Of a stretch of 42,848 bases of DNA, positions 1 through 11,008 are shown piece after piece. The stretch comes from Xylographa opegraphella (Eukaryota): NCBI GenBank assembly GCA_022813865.1, contig JALDZX010000100.1, forward strand, positions 1-42,848, given 5' to 3'. A model generated the notes under the pieces. It was not told where the DNA came from, made no database searches, and worked only from the letters and a program-made list of their open reading frames with translations. The position numbers were made by a program, and so were the translations under genes. Position 1 is the stretch's first letter. Each line of letters opens with the position of its first letter.

Positions 1-231
1 ACGGGTGTATCCGAGAAATCTAGCGGCGCCAAGCTTACCCTCAATGGATCGTAACAACAAGGCTCAGACAGTCAGACTTTACTATTTACAACGTGCTTGC
101 TCCTAACTTGTTAGTCAGCAAAATAAAAGCATTAACTCTCAGAGGCTTAGTGCGCCACGTTTGGTGTACTGAAACAAGCTGCACCTGCGTAGCAAATATC
201 GTGAATACTTCACATCATTAAGTATCGCATA

Positions 232-2019
232 ATGGTTCGAATTGCTGTGGAAGGCTGCGTCAGTCATCATGAAATTCAATGTATAAGAAGTACTTACATT
301 TTAACTAGGGCCACGGTACACTACATGGTATATATGCATCCATTACGAAAAGCTGCGAGGTTAATGGCTGGGACGGTGTTGACTTGCTCATCATTGGCGG
401 AGACTTTCAAGTAAGTCAAATGTTTTATATATGTAAAATATACATTAAGGTCTTCACAGGCCGTACGCAATTCTTACGACCTCAACTGCATGTCTGTACC
501 CTCAAAATTTCGCGAAATCGGCGACTTTCACGAATACTATAGTGGTCAGCGTAAGGCTTCTTATCTTACAGTATTTGTTGGAGGCAACCACGAAGCGAGT
601 AATCATCTGTTTGAGCTCTACTATGGGGGCTGGGTGGCTCCGAATATATACTATCTCGGGGCTGCTAACGTAATTCGATTCGGACCTCTTCGCATAGCAA
701 GCATATCAGGAATCTGGAAAGGTTACAACTACAATAAACCACATCACGAACGGCTTCCGTACAACCAGGACGATGTCAAGAGTATTTATCATGTCAGAGA
801 GTACGATGTGAGGAAGCTTTTGCAGGTCAGGACTCAAGTGGATATCGGTATTAGCCACGACTGGCCGCGAGGTGTAGAGTGGATGGGGAATTGGAAGGCC
901 TTGTTTGCGAAGAAGGACCTCTTCGAGGCAGATGCTCGAGCTGGCACACTTGGGAGCTCTGCCGCGAGATATCTCATAGATCATTTGCGTCCGCCATACT
1001 GGTTTGCGGCTCATCTCCACTGCAAGTTCTCTGCCTTAGTTGACCACAGGCTGGCAAAGCACCACCATGATTCGAGGTCTCTAAAGCCCGAGCTGCAGCA
1101 CGCGGCATTGTTGAAAGGAGAAAGTAATACCAACACTGTTCAGCCAAATCTTGAAAACACGCTATTACCCGGCCATATCTCCAATATAAAATTCAACGCA
1201 GATGAAATCACTCTCGACATGGAACTCGACGAGGAATCACAGTCAGCCGAGAATCGCCTCCAAAAAACTCTCAAAAGCCAAAAGCAGTCAGCCACACTCT
1301 TGCAGAACGATGGTCAGACCGTGCCAGAGGATCTCCGAGCACAACTGCCTGCTTCATTCGCACGGCCCTTGCGATCATCACCTAGCGCAACTGCTCCATC
1401 ACCAGAAGGCATTACTAACACCACCACGCGATTTCTTGCGCTCGACAAATGCCTGCCACATCGTAAGTTCCTGCAGATTCTCGAGGTCGACCCTGTTGGT
1501 GTTACTACCACTACAGAGTCATCCAAGCCATATGGTCTGGCCTACGATAAAGAATGGCTTGCCATTACTCGTGTTTTCGCAGACAATCTCGTTGTGGGCG
1601 ATTCCTCATCTTCAGTACCCCAACATAAAGGCGAAGCATACTACCAACCTTTAATCGAGCAAGAGGAGGTCTGGGTAGAGAAAACCCTCGTACAGCACGG
1701 CAAGATGGACGTCCCGCATAACTTCCAACTCACTGCTCCTACATATGATAAGAGCATCGGTATCGGAACGCAGGAACAGCCGAAGGAGTACACGAACCTG
1801 CAAACCGTACAGTTCTGCAATATGCTTGGGATACCAAACCCATTTCACTTGAGCGAACAGGACCGTGAAACCAGGATGCTGGCTGGACCTAAAGCGGAGG
1901 CACCGAGGATAGGAGGCGGCAGAGGTGGTGACAGAGGAGGCAGAGGTGGCAATCGGTGGGGAGGAAGAAGTGAACGGGGTCGAGGACGGGGAAGAGGGAG
2001 CGGAGCATGGAGACACTAG
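232..2019 (+). CDS. DBR1: RNA lariat debranching enzyme; introns 259-308 and 411-459
   Basis: Spliced N-terminus MVRIAVEGC|GHG...IGGDFQ|AVRN, then GGNHEASNHL, SHDWP, AHLH and TRFLALDKCLP metallophosphoesterase/Dbr1 motifs; C-terminal RGG tail. Confidence 0.96.
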
Positions 2020-2299
2020 GGCGATTGCTACTCATGGGCACGAAAGAAACACCTCGAGATGTAATATATGTGGGAGATAAACCGCTTCTATTCCGCATGA
2101 TCTCACTCACGGCGAGGAACGACGGCGCCATGCACGAACCAATCGGTACCTTTCACAATCTCCCTGCTTATGCATACTACATGGCTTTGATACGAAAGAA
2201 CCAAGCAATCTATGACTCACAAGGATACCCTATATCATTTGTCTGTCAACGCCTGGGGATGCCTACCGAACACTTCGGAAAACCAAAGTATTGTGGAAA

Positions 2300-3558
2300 T
2301 CAATACCAAATGCTCCGGGTTCTATGGTGCGCCAGCAGTCGGGCATCTAGCGTCTCTTGTTCTTTTACGGTATCGTAAAGAAAGAAATCTATCAAAATGG
2401 CATTTACCCGTGCTCCAGGGTCGCAGCGAAGAATCTCTTGTCGGATAAGCTCAACACACCAGATACTACAACCTCGCAGCTGCACTTCCCATGGATGGCC
2501 ACTATCTATCTGTTTGAGCTTCTCGATATGATGGTGGAGAGATGGGCTGTACTGAAGACACCCCATGGAATTAAGCATTTGTGGTATTCGATAGTCTGGA
2601 CCGTGGTGAGCGCATATTCCAGAATATAACATGAATGAGTAAAGTTACCCGCAAACATGGTGATCTTCTCTATATCGTCAAACCGTCCATAACCCTCCCC
2701 ATCAAAACACGCCCAAAGGTCGGCGACTAAGATCTGAGCTCGTTTGTAGAAACGAACTGTCTTGCCTTCGAAGCGGGTCTCATCCCGAAAACAGGGAAAC
2801 AGGTCTGCAAGGAGCTTTACTAAAGCAGCAGCGGAGTAATTTGCTTCCTTTAGACAATTGACGACACTGCAGTCAAATCTCTAAAATCCTTTAGTTATTA
2901 CTTTTTGCACACGTTGGGAATACACTGACGTTGTACAAAATGGTGCCGGCTTCGCGTAAGCAAGACATACGCTCATTCAACAGTGGCATACTCGTCGGAC
3001 TATCGGATCGGAACACGTACTGGAGCACTTCCTCTGTGCATTCACACTCGTCCTGCCAAAAGTGCGAATCGGTGATGGGTATGCCTGGTGCACCATCGAT
3101 GAGCTGTACTCGATGTATCGGGGACGTTGGTGTAATTCTATACCTTCATCCAAAGCGCGTTGCAAAGAAGCAACAAGACTCCAGTAACCAGTCCATCGCT
3201 CCCCTCTATAATCCACAGTGTAAGCAGCCTCATACGGGCCCTCTGGCCAAAAGCAGAAGTTCAACAGATCCATAGTGAATATAAAATTGGCGGTCGACGC
3301 ATCCTTGGCCTTAGGATGCAAGTCATGTTCGCACCACGTTTGCCGTGAGTAGCCCTTTGTCTGCATTGATTTCCATATCGTTGCCGCAGCTGCCTTTGTG
3401 CCGCTATAGTCGATAGCCACATCGATTGAGTTGTCGTAGATAAATTGAGCATCCTTCAGGACAGGTAGCTCGGTTGTCGAGGGACAATCCTCAGGATCGA
3501 GCCTCAATGACTTGCGAAGAAGCGTGAGCAAATCCAGATCTGGCTCATCTTCGAACAT
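2300..3558 (-). CDS. QNG1: Queuosine salvage protein / queuosine nucleoside hydrolase (DUF2419, C9orf64 family); about 3 introns
   Basis: Exons give MDLLNFCFW, WTGYWSLVASLQRALDEG, FYKRAQILVADLW, TMFA|DYRIPQML, EVQLRGCSIW and the C-terminal HHRTRSIWY typical of DUF2419. Confidence 0.92.
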
Positions 3559-4143
3559 GATAGAAGGAAATACAATAGCGAGTGTGAAATTTAAGAATAG
3601 ACGCCAATGATGCGTCAAAGCTCTCCGACTGGACGTGTTCCTCCTCTGCTTCTTGTTACAGGGCTTCGTACATTAGGTCGGATGGTTGAACAACGTGCCT
3701 CTTTATTCAGGCATCATTCATCAGGAAATCGCAAGAAGACTGCAAACAGCTTGGGGAATCTGCGCACACTGACCGAAAGTGCCAGGACACGAAATGGACC
3801 ACGAAAAGAAGGCAATGGGAAAGGAGCGGTGAAACGAAAACGATCGAGAGCAAAAAACCTGTGGCGCAGCAGGGCCGCCATGCCAAGATCTTCGTCAGGG
3901 GTTTGAGAACGTGTACCGGGCGCCGGGAGCCGATTGCCGAGGAACCTTATTCACTACTTCCTTGGCACGAAACTCTAAATGCGCTTTTGTGTTTGCTCAC
4001 CGCGTCGAAATTCACTTTCATGTCATCTCGTCCCGGTCTTTCATCTTGCATCGTTCAGCTTGAGCTCTACGGCCCACTCACCCGTTTCTTCTCAACTCGT
4101 AGGATGATTTTGCAGTGGAAGATCCTTTACGGTGTATAAAATC

Positions 4144-6469
4144 ATGGGACGCGATCAGTATCGAAAGCAATCGCTGGGGGCGCTATACGGCACAATCAAA
4201 CAGGTTGAATTCCAAAGCCTGCCCCTCTCGCACAAATAAGACTGATTTTCCGCGCAGTCCCGCGTTCTCATGATTGGAGCTGGTGGAATAGGCTGTGAAT
4301 TGCTCAAGAACCTCCTCCTCACCGGCTTCGGCGAAGTTCACATTGTCGATCTCGACACCATCGATCTCAGTAACCTCAACCGCCAATTCCTCTTCCGCCA
4401 TGAGCACATCAAGAAACCTAAAGCTTTGGTAAGCCTTCCGGCAAAGGATACTGAGCGTCCGCAGCTGAGATTACACTTTAGATTGCAAAAGAGTCGGCCG
4501 CAAAATTCAATCCGGTCGTCAAGCTCGAAGCATACCATGCCAATATTAAGGATACCCGATTTAATGTTGACTGGTTCCAAACGTTTGACCTGGTTTTTAA
4601 TGCTCTGGATAATCTTGACGCAAGGCGATATGTGAATAAGATGTGTTTGGCGGCAGATGTTCCTTTGATCGAAAGCGGAACGACTGGCTTCAATGGACAG
4701 GTCCAGATCATAAAGAAGGTTCTACGTGCTGGCCGCAATAAAAATCCTCATACTAAGACTGCCAGGGAAAATCCGAATGCTATGACTGTAATGAGAAAGA
4801 AATACCAAAGAGCTTCCCCGTGTGCACTATCCGCAGTACCCCTAGCCAACCGATTCATTGCATAGTCTGGGCAAAGAGCTATCTTTTCACGTCAGTGTAT
4901 ATTTAATAACTTGCAGGTTTGCTTCACTGACGTGTAACAGGGAAATATTTGGCACGAGCGAGGACCAGACAGAAGCACTGGACCACTCGGAAGACACGGA
5001 GAACGGTATTGTACTTCAATTGCTCGTGGGCGGCGAAACACTAACTCTAGTGAAGCTAAAGAGATAGAGAACCTTCGCCGAGAGTCGAAAATGCTTCATG
5101 ATATCCGGACTTCGATGGGTTCCCCCAACTTTGCAAAACAAGTGTTTGCCAAAGTTTTTACTGACGACATTGACCGCTTGCGGAGTATGGATGATATGTG
5201 GAAAAGTCGCAAGGCTCCAGAACCCCTCCACTATGATCTCATCGCCAAAGAAGCGGAGTCGATAGATCCCAGTGTTTCACGACGTGATCAGACACCGTGG
5301 ACTCTTGTAGAGAATTTCGTGGTTTTCTCGGATAGGTCCGTCTCAGTGTGATCGATTGGTTATTGACACTAAGAACTTCCCAGCTTACGACGGTTGAGTG
5401 ATCGGATGACTCAAGTCCGATCGTCGTCTGCAGACAAGATAGCAGCTAGTATACTCACGTTCGACAAGGATGATGAAGACACCTTGGACTTTGTCACGGC
5501 CACAGCCAATCTACGCTCGATCATCTTTGGCATTGGGACAAGGTCAAAGTTTGATATCAAGCGTCAGTAGCACTTATCCTCCGATGCCCGCCCAGTTTGC
5601 ACTGACTGCGTTTTACTAGAAATGGCTGGGAACATAATCCCTGCAATAGCTACAACGAATGCAATGACTGCTGGCCTGTGTGTTTTGCAAGCATTCAAAG
5701 TTCTGCGAGATAGTCTTGGCAAGGCAAGAATGGTAATCCAAGTGTAACATGGAATCTTGTCGGTTTCTCATATATCCATAGGTATTCCTCGAACAGTCTG
5801 CAGCACGCGTCATCAGTAGCGAATGTCTCAGGCCACCCAATCCCCACTGCAATGTGTGTGGCGTGACGCAGTCCAGGTTGGTTGTGGACGCCAATCGAGC
5901 TACCTTGAACGACCTGGTCGAGGACGTGTTGAAGCTCCAACTTGGGTACGGTGAGGAATTCAGTGTCACCAATGAAGTAGGAACTCTATACGATCCGGAG
6001 CTGGATGACAATCTTTCCAAGACGTTCAGCGAGCTTGGGATCAAAGGCGACAGTTTTCTCACCATTATCGACGACGATGACGACAATCCACGTGTGAATC
6101 TGACTTTAGCTATCGCAGAGCAGTAAGGAACCACACTGTGCCGATCAAGAGTAAGCTGCTAACAATAATAGAACCCTGCCAGAATCATCTAAGCCGATTT
6201 TAGTGCCCGGTAAGCTTGACATCGCGCGCAGACCAAGAGCCACTGGCGAGATGGTGAAAGACGGGGCTCGAACGACCAATGATACTGCCACTCCAACGAC
6301 AGGCCCACTCAATGGAGACATGAAGCGGAAGCGTTCACCAGACGAGAGCAATATTGACGAAGTCCGGACCATCAAGTACCAAAGAGTGCTTAAGAGAAAG
6401 TTCGAAGATGAGGATATCGTCCTGGTCGAAGACTCCGCCGACGGTGCAATTGTCATTGAAGACGATTGA
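4144..6469 (+). CDS. UBA2: SUMO-activating enzyme E1 subunit Uba2; about 9 introns
   Basis: [42 protein letters not shown], catalytic [35 protein letters not shown], terminal SIM-like GAIVIEDD. Confidence 0.95.
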
Positions 6470-6590
6470 ATTTCAATCCACTTGTGCCTCTACTATCTTA
6501 GATCCTTATTGCGTAGCTGTTGGACTTGGCCTTATGATCGGATTGGGTAGGACCGTGGAAACTTGAGGATGGCAGGAGCGTGCTGGAACT

Positions 6591-7512
6591 TCAGGTGGCG
6601 CTTAGACCACCATCAAGGTTTAAAACACAATTGTTGGCGTATGCATTGGTAGCGAGGAACATGGCGGCGTCGGCGATCTCATCTGGCGTTCCGAAGCGTT
6701 CCTGCGGTATTGACTGCAGGGCGGCTGAGCGAGCTTCTTTGGTCATGGCTGTGTTGTGGTTTAAGTCAGCTTTCCGTCTTACAACGTCGGGGACGTTCAG
6801 TCTACCTTCGGTCATCGACGTTTCTACATAGCCAGGGACAATGGCGTTTACTCTAATATTCGAAGGTCCAAGCTCGGCTGCAAGTGATCTCGTGAGGCCT
6901 GCAAGGGCTTAAGTCACCCACCGTCCTTGCAATGGGAGTCAAGGACTTACCAAGGACACCGGCTTTGGAAGCTGCATAGACTGTAGAGCCCCTTCCACCC
7001 TTGACCCCCAGTAACGAAGCTACGTTGATGATACATGCTGTATTGCTAGGCTTCCTACACTGCCGCATCATTGCCTTGCCAATGATTTGGCAGCCCCAGA
7101 TTGAACCCATCAGATTAGTCTGTATGACATGCTCGGCCGTCTGGCACTTTGTCGTTACCAACAGCGACGAATGGGCCACTCCTGCTGCGTTGACGAGGAT
7201 ATCAACATTACGCTATCCGACAAGTCTGATGAGAGCCTGCAGTGAGCTAAATCATTGGCTATTACTGACCATATCGTACCCTATATCCATCCAAAAACTT
7301 CGTCGCTTTACATCCCCTATTGCAATCTTCACCTCGATGGCAGTGTCTTGACTGATGGCTTCTGACGCTTGGTTCAGAGCATCGCTGCGTCCCACGAGGA
7401 TCATTCTCTCCACGCCATGCGTGGCAAACAGTCGAGCAATCGCGAGACCTATTCCCCGGGAAGCGCCGGTAACAATTACATGTTTACCGGCGAGTTTCAT
7501 CTGTTGCGCCAT
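6591..7512 (-). CDS. Short-chain dehydrogenase, 3-oxoacyl-[ACP] reductase-like (probably mitochondrial FAS, Oar1/CBR4-like); about 3 introns
   Basis: TGASRGIG, YAASKAG catalytic YxxxK, IPQERFGTPDEIADAAMFL...LNLDGG; start could be 7512 or 7500. Confidence 0.85.
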
Positions 7513-7599
7513 ATCGAGGTTCCTTACATTTGCCGGTTGAGATGGCTGCTGGTCCGTCCCGAGTTTGCACTTCCAACCCATACGAGCTAGGATTTTCCT

Positions 7600-7639
7600 A
7601 CGCGTTTGGGCGCGTTAAAGCCGTCACATGCCGACGCGT
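7600..7639. promoter_or_regulatory. Cluster of MCB-like (ACGCGT) elements in the divergent SDR/ELC1 promoter
   Basis: ACGCGT 7600-7605, GCGCGT 7610-7615 and ACGCGT 7634-7639 within a ~205 bp intergenic gap. Confidence 0.5.
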
Positions 7640-7718
7640 TTAGCTCCTGGCTGCGAGGGATCTCTTCTGACACAATGTGAGACCTTTCAAGGATATCATC
7701 GTCCTCATTACCGCGCCA

Positions 7719-8233
7719 ATGATGGCGAAAACCCTGTCTGAATATGTGACCCTTGTTTCCAACGACGGCTTCGAGTTTGTGGTTCGTAGAGACAGCGCCT
7801 ACGTGGCAGGGACGGTCAAGCGCATGCTGGATCCCGCAAGTGAGGCGCAACGGTCTCAGCTTCGAGATGTTCACCAGCTTATGTAGTGCTCTAGGTAACT
7901 TTGCGGAAGCTGTCAGTGGACGCTGTGTATTTGAGAATATCAAGTATGTGTGGAAATCGGTTTGTGTTATAGCTACCATAGCACATGAGGACCAGTAATA
8001 CGAAACCACGTACTATTCGACTGATTTGTGTTTCAAGTGGCGTGGTGCTAGAGAAGGTCTGCGAGTATCTATACTACAACGAGAAACATCGCAATGCCAA
8101 AGATGTGCCCGATATGGACATCCCACCGGAGTTGTGCTTGGAGCTATTGATGGCGGCCGATTATCTGAATGGTGAGGTGTCCTATTTGGTTTACCGTAGG
8201 TTCGCCAGCAGAGCTAATGCTATTGCAGTCTGA
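7719..8233 (+). CDS. ELC1: Elongin C; 3 introns
   Basis: YVTLVSNDGFEFVVRR...AGTVKRML, NFAEA, VLEKVCEYLYYN, IPPELCLELLMAADYL; start 7719 or 7722. Confidence 0.95.
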
Positions 8234-8588
8234 GATGATGCTATGTAGATTCTACCTGGTTCTATGGCAGGGGAGAACTGGTAGGGTTCGGTAACCCAAG
8301 CCGTTAGTCGAGGAAAGGAAGGGTTGTTACGCCGATTCCATGAGGTGCTCACGGAGATAAGGTCAATGGTGACACAGACTCGGCCATGTCGATCGTCATT
8401 TCCAGCAAGTCTTGATTGATCCGGACGCTTGTCAAAAGCTTGTACAGGTTCTGATCTGCTCGATATGCAATTGGGGGTCTGCTCTGGTATTGATTCAAGA
8501 TTGTTCGACAGTATTTCCAAGATAATTGTTTGTTGTTTACGCTCGGTTTGTCATAATGGACCTATTACAAGTCCGATTATTCGTAAGC

Positions 8589-9977
8589 TCATTTATTATC
8601 TACCCCTTTCAAGCCCACCGCCCGACCTCTTCCCTTTCCACGTCCTCTACCACCGCCCCTTTTGCCCCCACTTCCCCTCGAGACCCGTTCATACAGCTTC
8701 TCGTTCCCGAAGCCCGCATCCGAAATGCGCAGATAGCTTACAACCCCTTGATCTACGATTGCCAATATAACGTTCCTCCATCCATGCTTCAACTTGTGAT
8801 AGAGCTGCCACTCCATGGTAGGTGGAGGGGGATCATACGGGACGCTACTCAACAGATCGTCCAAGTGGTCGAGTACCGGTACGTTGTCTTCGCGTGCATT
8901 TACTACAGCAATACGGAAGTCGGGCGGCCCAGGAGCCGACTTCTTGAAGACCGGTCGAGGTTTCCAGACGTAGAACGAGCATCGAAGGTGGTGGGCGTCT
9001 TTATTCGCAACGTTCTCGCTGGTATTTGTCTTCTCCAGATTGCACTCCGTGTCCGCCAAATTGGGGTCAAGCGTATGCTGGCTATGTAATATTGGATTGT
9101 AGAATGGAATTATGTTGAGGCTGTGGTAGATGTCCTCTGTCTATGGATTAGCTTCGCCTACAAAGAATGACTAAGTATTATGGCCCACTGTAGCTTCTAT
9201 ACAGTCCTGGCCGAACGAGAGGGCCGAAGGCGACAGGTGATTCCTTTTCTTGGCTATTGAGCAGATTGTCCAGCAGATTGTACAGCCATTCGAAACCACT
9301 CTTTGTTCGAGCCGGAGGTACTACGACACTCTCGACCTCTTCAGCTCCCCAGTCCTCAGGGTACCACGCCGGACTTCGCTGTACAGCATATCCGATGCGT
9401 TTCAATCCCCCATAGACAGAGTATCTTTCTAGCGTCAAACCGAGTCTTCCTATCAGGACCGCATACGCGGATTGCAGGCTGATCGGCAAGCCGTCTTCGT
9501 CGCTCTCAGCAACCGGCCATCTCAAGTCAAGATTACCACGCTCGATCAGATATAGAGCCTCTTCTGGCAGCAGATAGAGTGTGCCATCCGCTTCGGCTTT
9601 GCCCATAGTTCGGATGTGCGGGCCCTTCGGGTGGTCTACGGCAGTACGCCCACTCTGGGGGTTGTATATCGCGACCATCTGAGATTTGGGCGTGTGTATG
9701 CGAGGGTAGGACAATGCGTCCTGCATTGCGGTTCGAGATTTGGATAACGCATCTTGCTGACTGCTCGTGCCATGTGACTCGAAATCTTTTTCTCCCCGGC
9801 GGGGCAGTGAAGGTTGCTCTGTAGTCCTGATCCCATTAGCTTGATGGCAGAATCGGCGGAACACTCTCACAGTGAGAGGTTGGTCAAAAAGCGAAAGTCC
9901 TGGGTTTCGTCCGTGAGGTCACTGTCCCCTTGATGTGGGCTGGTAAACACTAGCGTATCTTCGTCAAATTCTGCCAT
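8589..9977 (-). CDS. SEN54: tRNA-splicing endonuclease subunit Sen54; about 2 introns
   Basis: Exon 1 MAEFDED...DLTDETQDFRFL, then SLPRRGEKDFE, LLPEEALYLIERG, LERYSVYGGLKRIGY, FKKSAPGPPDFRIAVV, LKHGWRNVILAIVDQGVVSYL. Confidence 0.92.
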
Positions 9978-10028
9978 ATTCCGCTTCCACGACTTCGAGC
10001 CTTTGTCCACCTCATCCGGACACGGAGC

Positions 10029-10065
10029 AAAAAGCTATGCAGCTTCGACCGCACGATAGGCAAAA
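10029..10065 (-). terminator. Candidate Pol III terminators for tRNA-Leu (T4 at 10062-10065, T5 at 10029-10033)
   Basis: Oligo-T runs 11 and 43 nt downstream of the tRNA 3' end on the minus strand. Confidence 0.55.
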
Positions 10066-10075
10066 GCATTGGACG

Positions 10076-10176
10076 TGATGTCGGTGGGATTCGAACCCAC
10101 GCGGTTTCCCACTACGGACTTTCCAGCGTGCTGAATTGACCTAAACGTAGCGCCATAACCACTCGGCCACGACACC
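10076..10176 (-). tRNA. tRNA-Leu(UAG) with a 22-nt intron (10118-10139)
   Basis: Minus strand folds: acceptor GGTGTCG/CGACATC plus A, D arm GCCGAGTGGTTATGGC, anticodon stem CTACG/CGTAG with TT-TAG-G, intron after position 37, variable arm, T arm GTGGG-TTCGAAT-CCCAC; AT-rich TATA-like element ~30 nt upstream. Confidence 0.95.
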
Positions 10177-10404
10177 ATATAAGAAATTCAGGTTTGGTAT
10201 TGGTAAATATATTTTTTTTTGCCAAAGAAATAAAAAATTCCGAGAAGCAAGGTCTGTGATGCCATTTATCTGACTTTGAGATTCACGGGTGAAGTACAAC
10301 CACTGCCCATCAGCAACCGTATCTGCAGGCCACAGCCCAGGATCAAAGTTTCACAGTATCACCAGAGCTCTTCGAGGAAGCTGCAAATTCTGGTCCATGG
10401 CATA

Positions 10405-10974
10405 ATGGACGCGAGACTACGTTTCTTAGTCATGGCGGCTCATACATATGCAATTACTGCTCCAGCTACAACTGCTCATCTGCAAATGCATTGTAATGAG
10501 CTTTTGGTTACAACCGAGGCAAAGAAACATGCCCAGCTTATCAATAGTGGATGTCCATCTTGTGGCAGTATCCTTATTCCAGGCTCGAGTAGCCACATCA
10601 CTGTTGTCAAACCTCAAGCCAAAATGCCCGGACACGGTTCAAGCAGTTCGGCTGTGAGGAATGGCAGGAAGGAGAGACATGTCTCAAGGAGTGAACAACC
10701 ACCAAGACTACGACGGAACGAGTGCACAAGATGTGGCCGATATACGGAGATTGCTTTGCCAAAGCTTGAGCATACCAACGCCTCAATGAAGCACAAACAA
10801 ATATCGACAACAGTACCGGCCCTGAGACCTCGTGTCACGAGTTCAAATACTGCGGGCGACAAGCGACAGAGGAATCGAAAAAGGGGAGGATTGAAATCGT
10901 TACTAGCGGAAGCCAAGGAGACCACAAAACCGTCCACAAGCCTTGATCTTATGGATTTTATGAAGAGTGCATGA
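10405..10974 (+). CDS. Rpr2/Rpp21/Snm1-family zinc-binding subunit, most like RNase MRP Snm1
   Basis: MDARLRFL start, CPSCGSILIPG...CTRCG zinc motif, basic KRQRNRKRGGLKSLL and terminal LDLMDFMKS resembling Snm1 C-termini. Confidence 0.8.
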   Translation: MDARLRFLVMAAHTYAITAPATTAHLQMHCNELLVTTEAKKHAQLINSGCPSCGSILIPGSSSHITVVKPQAKMPGHGSSSSAVRNGRKERHVSRSEQPPRLRRNECTRCGRYTEIALPKLEHTNASMKHKQISTTVPALRPRVTSSNTAGDKRQRNRKRGGLKSLLAEAKETTKPSTSLDLMDFMKSA

Positions 10975-11008
10975 AGAGTGTATGAGGAGTGTATGATGAG
11001 TGCATGAT
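10960..11008 (+). repeat. 11-bp tandem repeat ATGAnGAGTGY, ~4.4 copies, spanning the stop codon of the Snm1-like gene
   Basis: atgaagagtgc/atgaagagtgt/atgaggagtgt/atgatgagtgc/atgat read directly. Confidence 0.85.

Noticed and set aside
1912..2010. RGG-rich tails on Dbr1 and Sen54
   Set aside because: Low-complexity RG tails are common on fungal RNA-processing proteins; not distinctive alone
706..2016. Antisense and alternate-frame ORFs over DBR1, and similar ones over ZPR1, the MYND gene, S28, SDR and the transposase
   Set aside because: Shadows of real coding sequence with no recognisable motifs, most abundant where GC is high
3607..4139. Plus-strand 99- and 92-aa ORFs between QNG1 and UBA2
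   Set aside because: Lie in a divergent promoter/UTR interval; no motifs or convincing splice structure
4465..4476. CTGAGATTACAC in a UBA2 intron resembles the fungal TPP riboswitch CTGAGA motif
   Set aside because: No downstream P4/P5 (TGATC...GATAAT...AGCG) elements; the intron is too short; the motif is explained as the branch point
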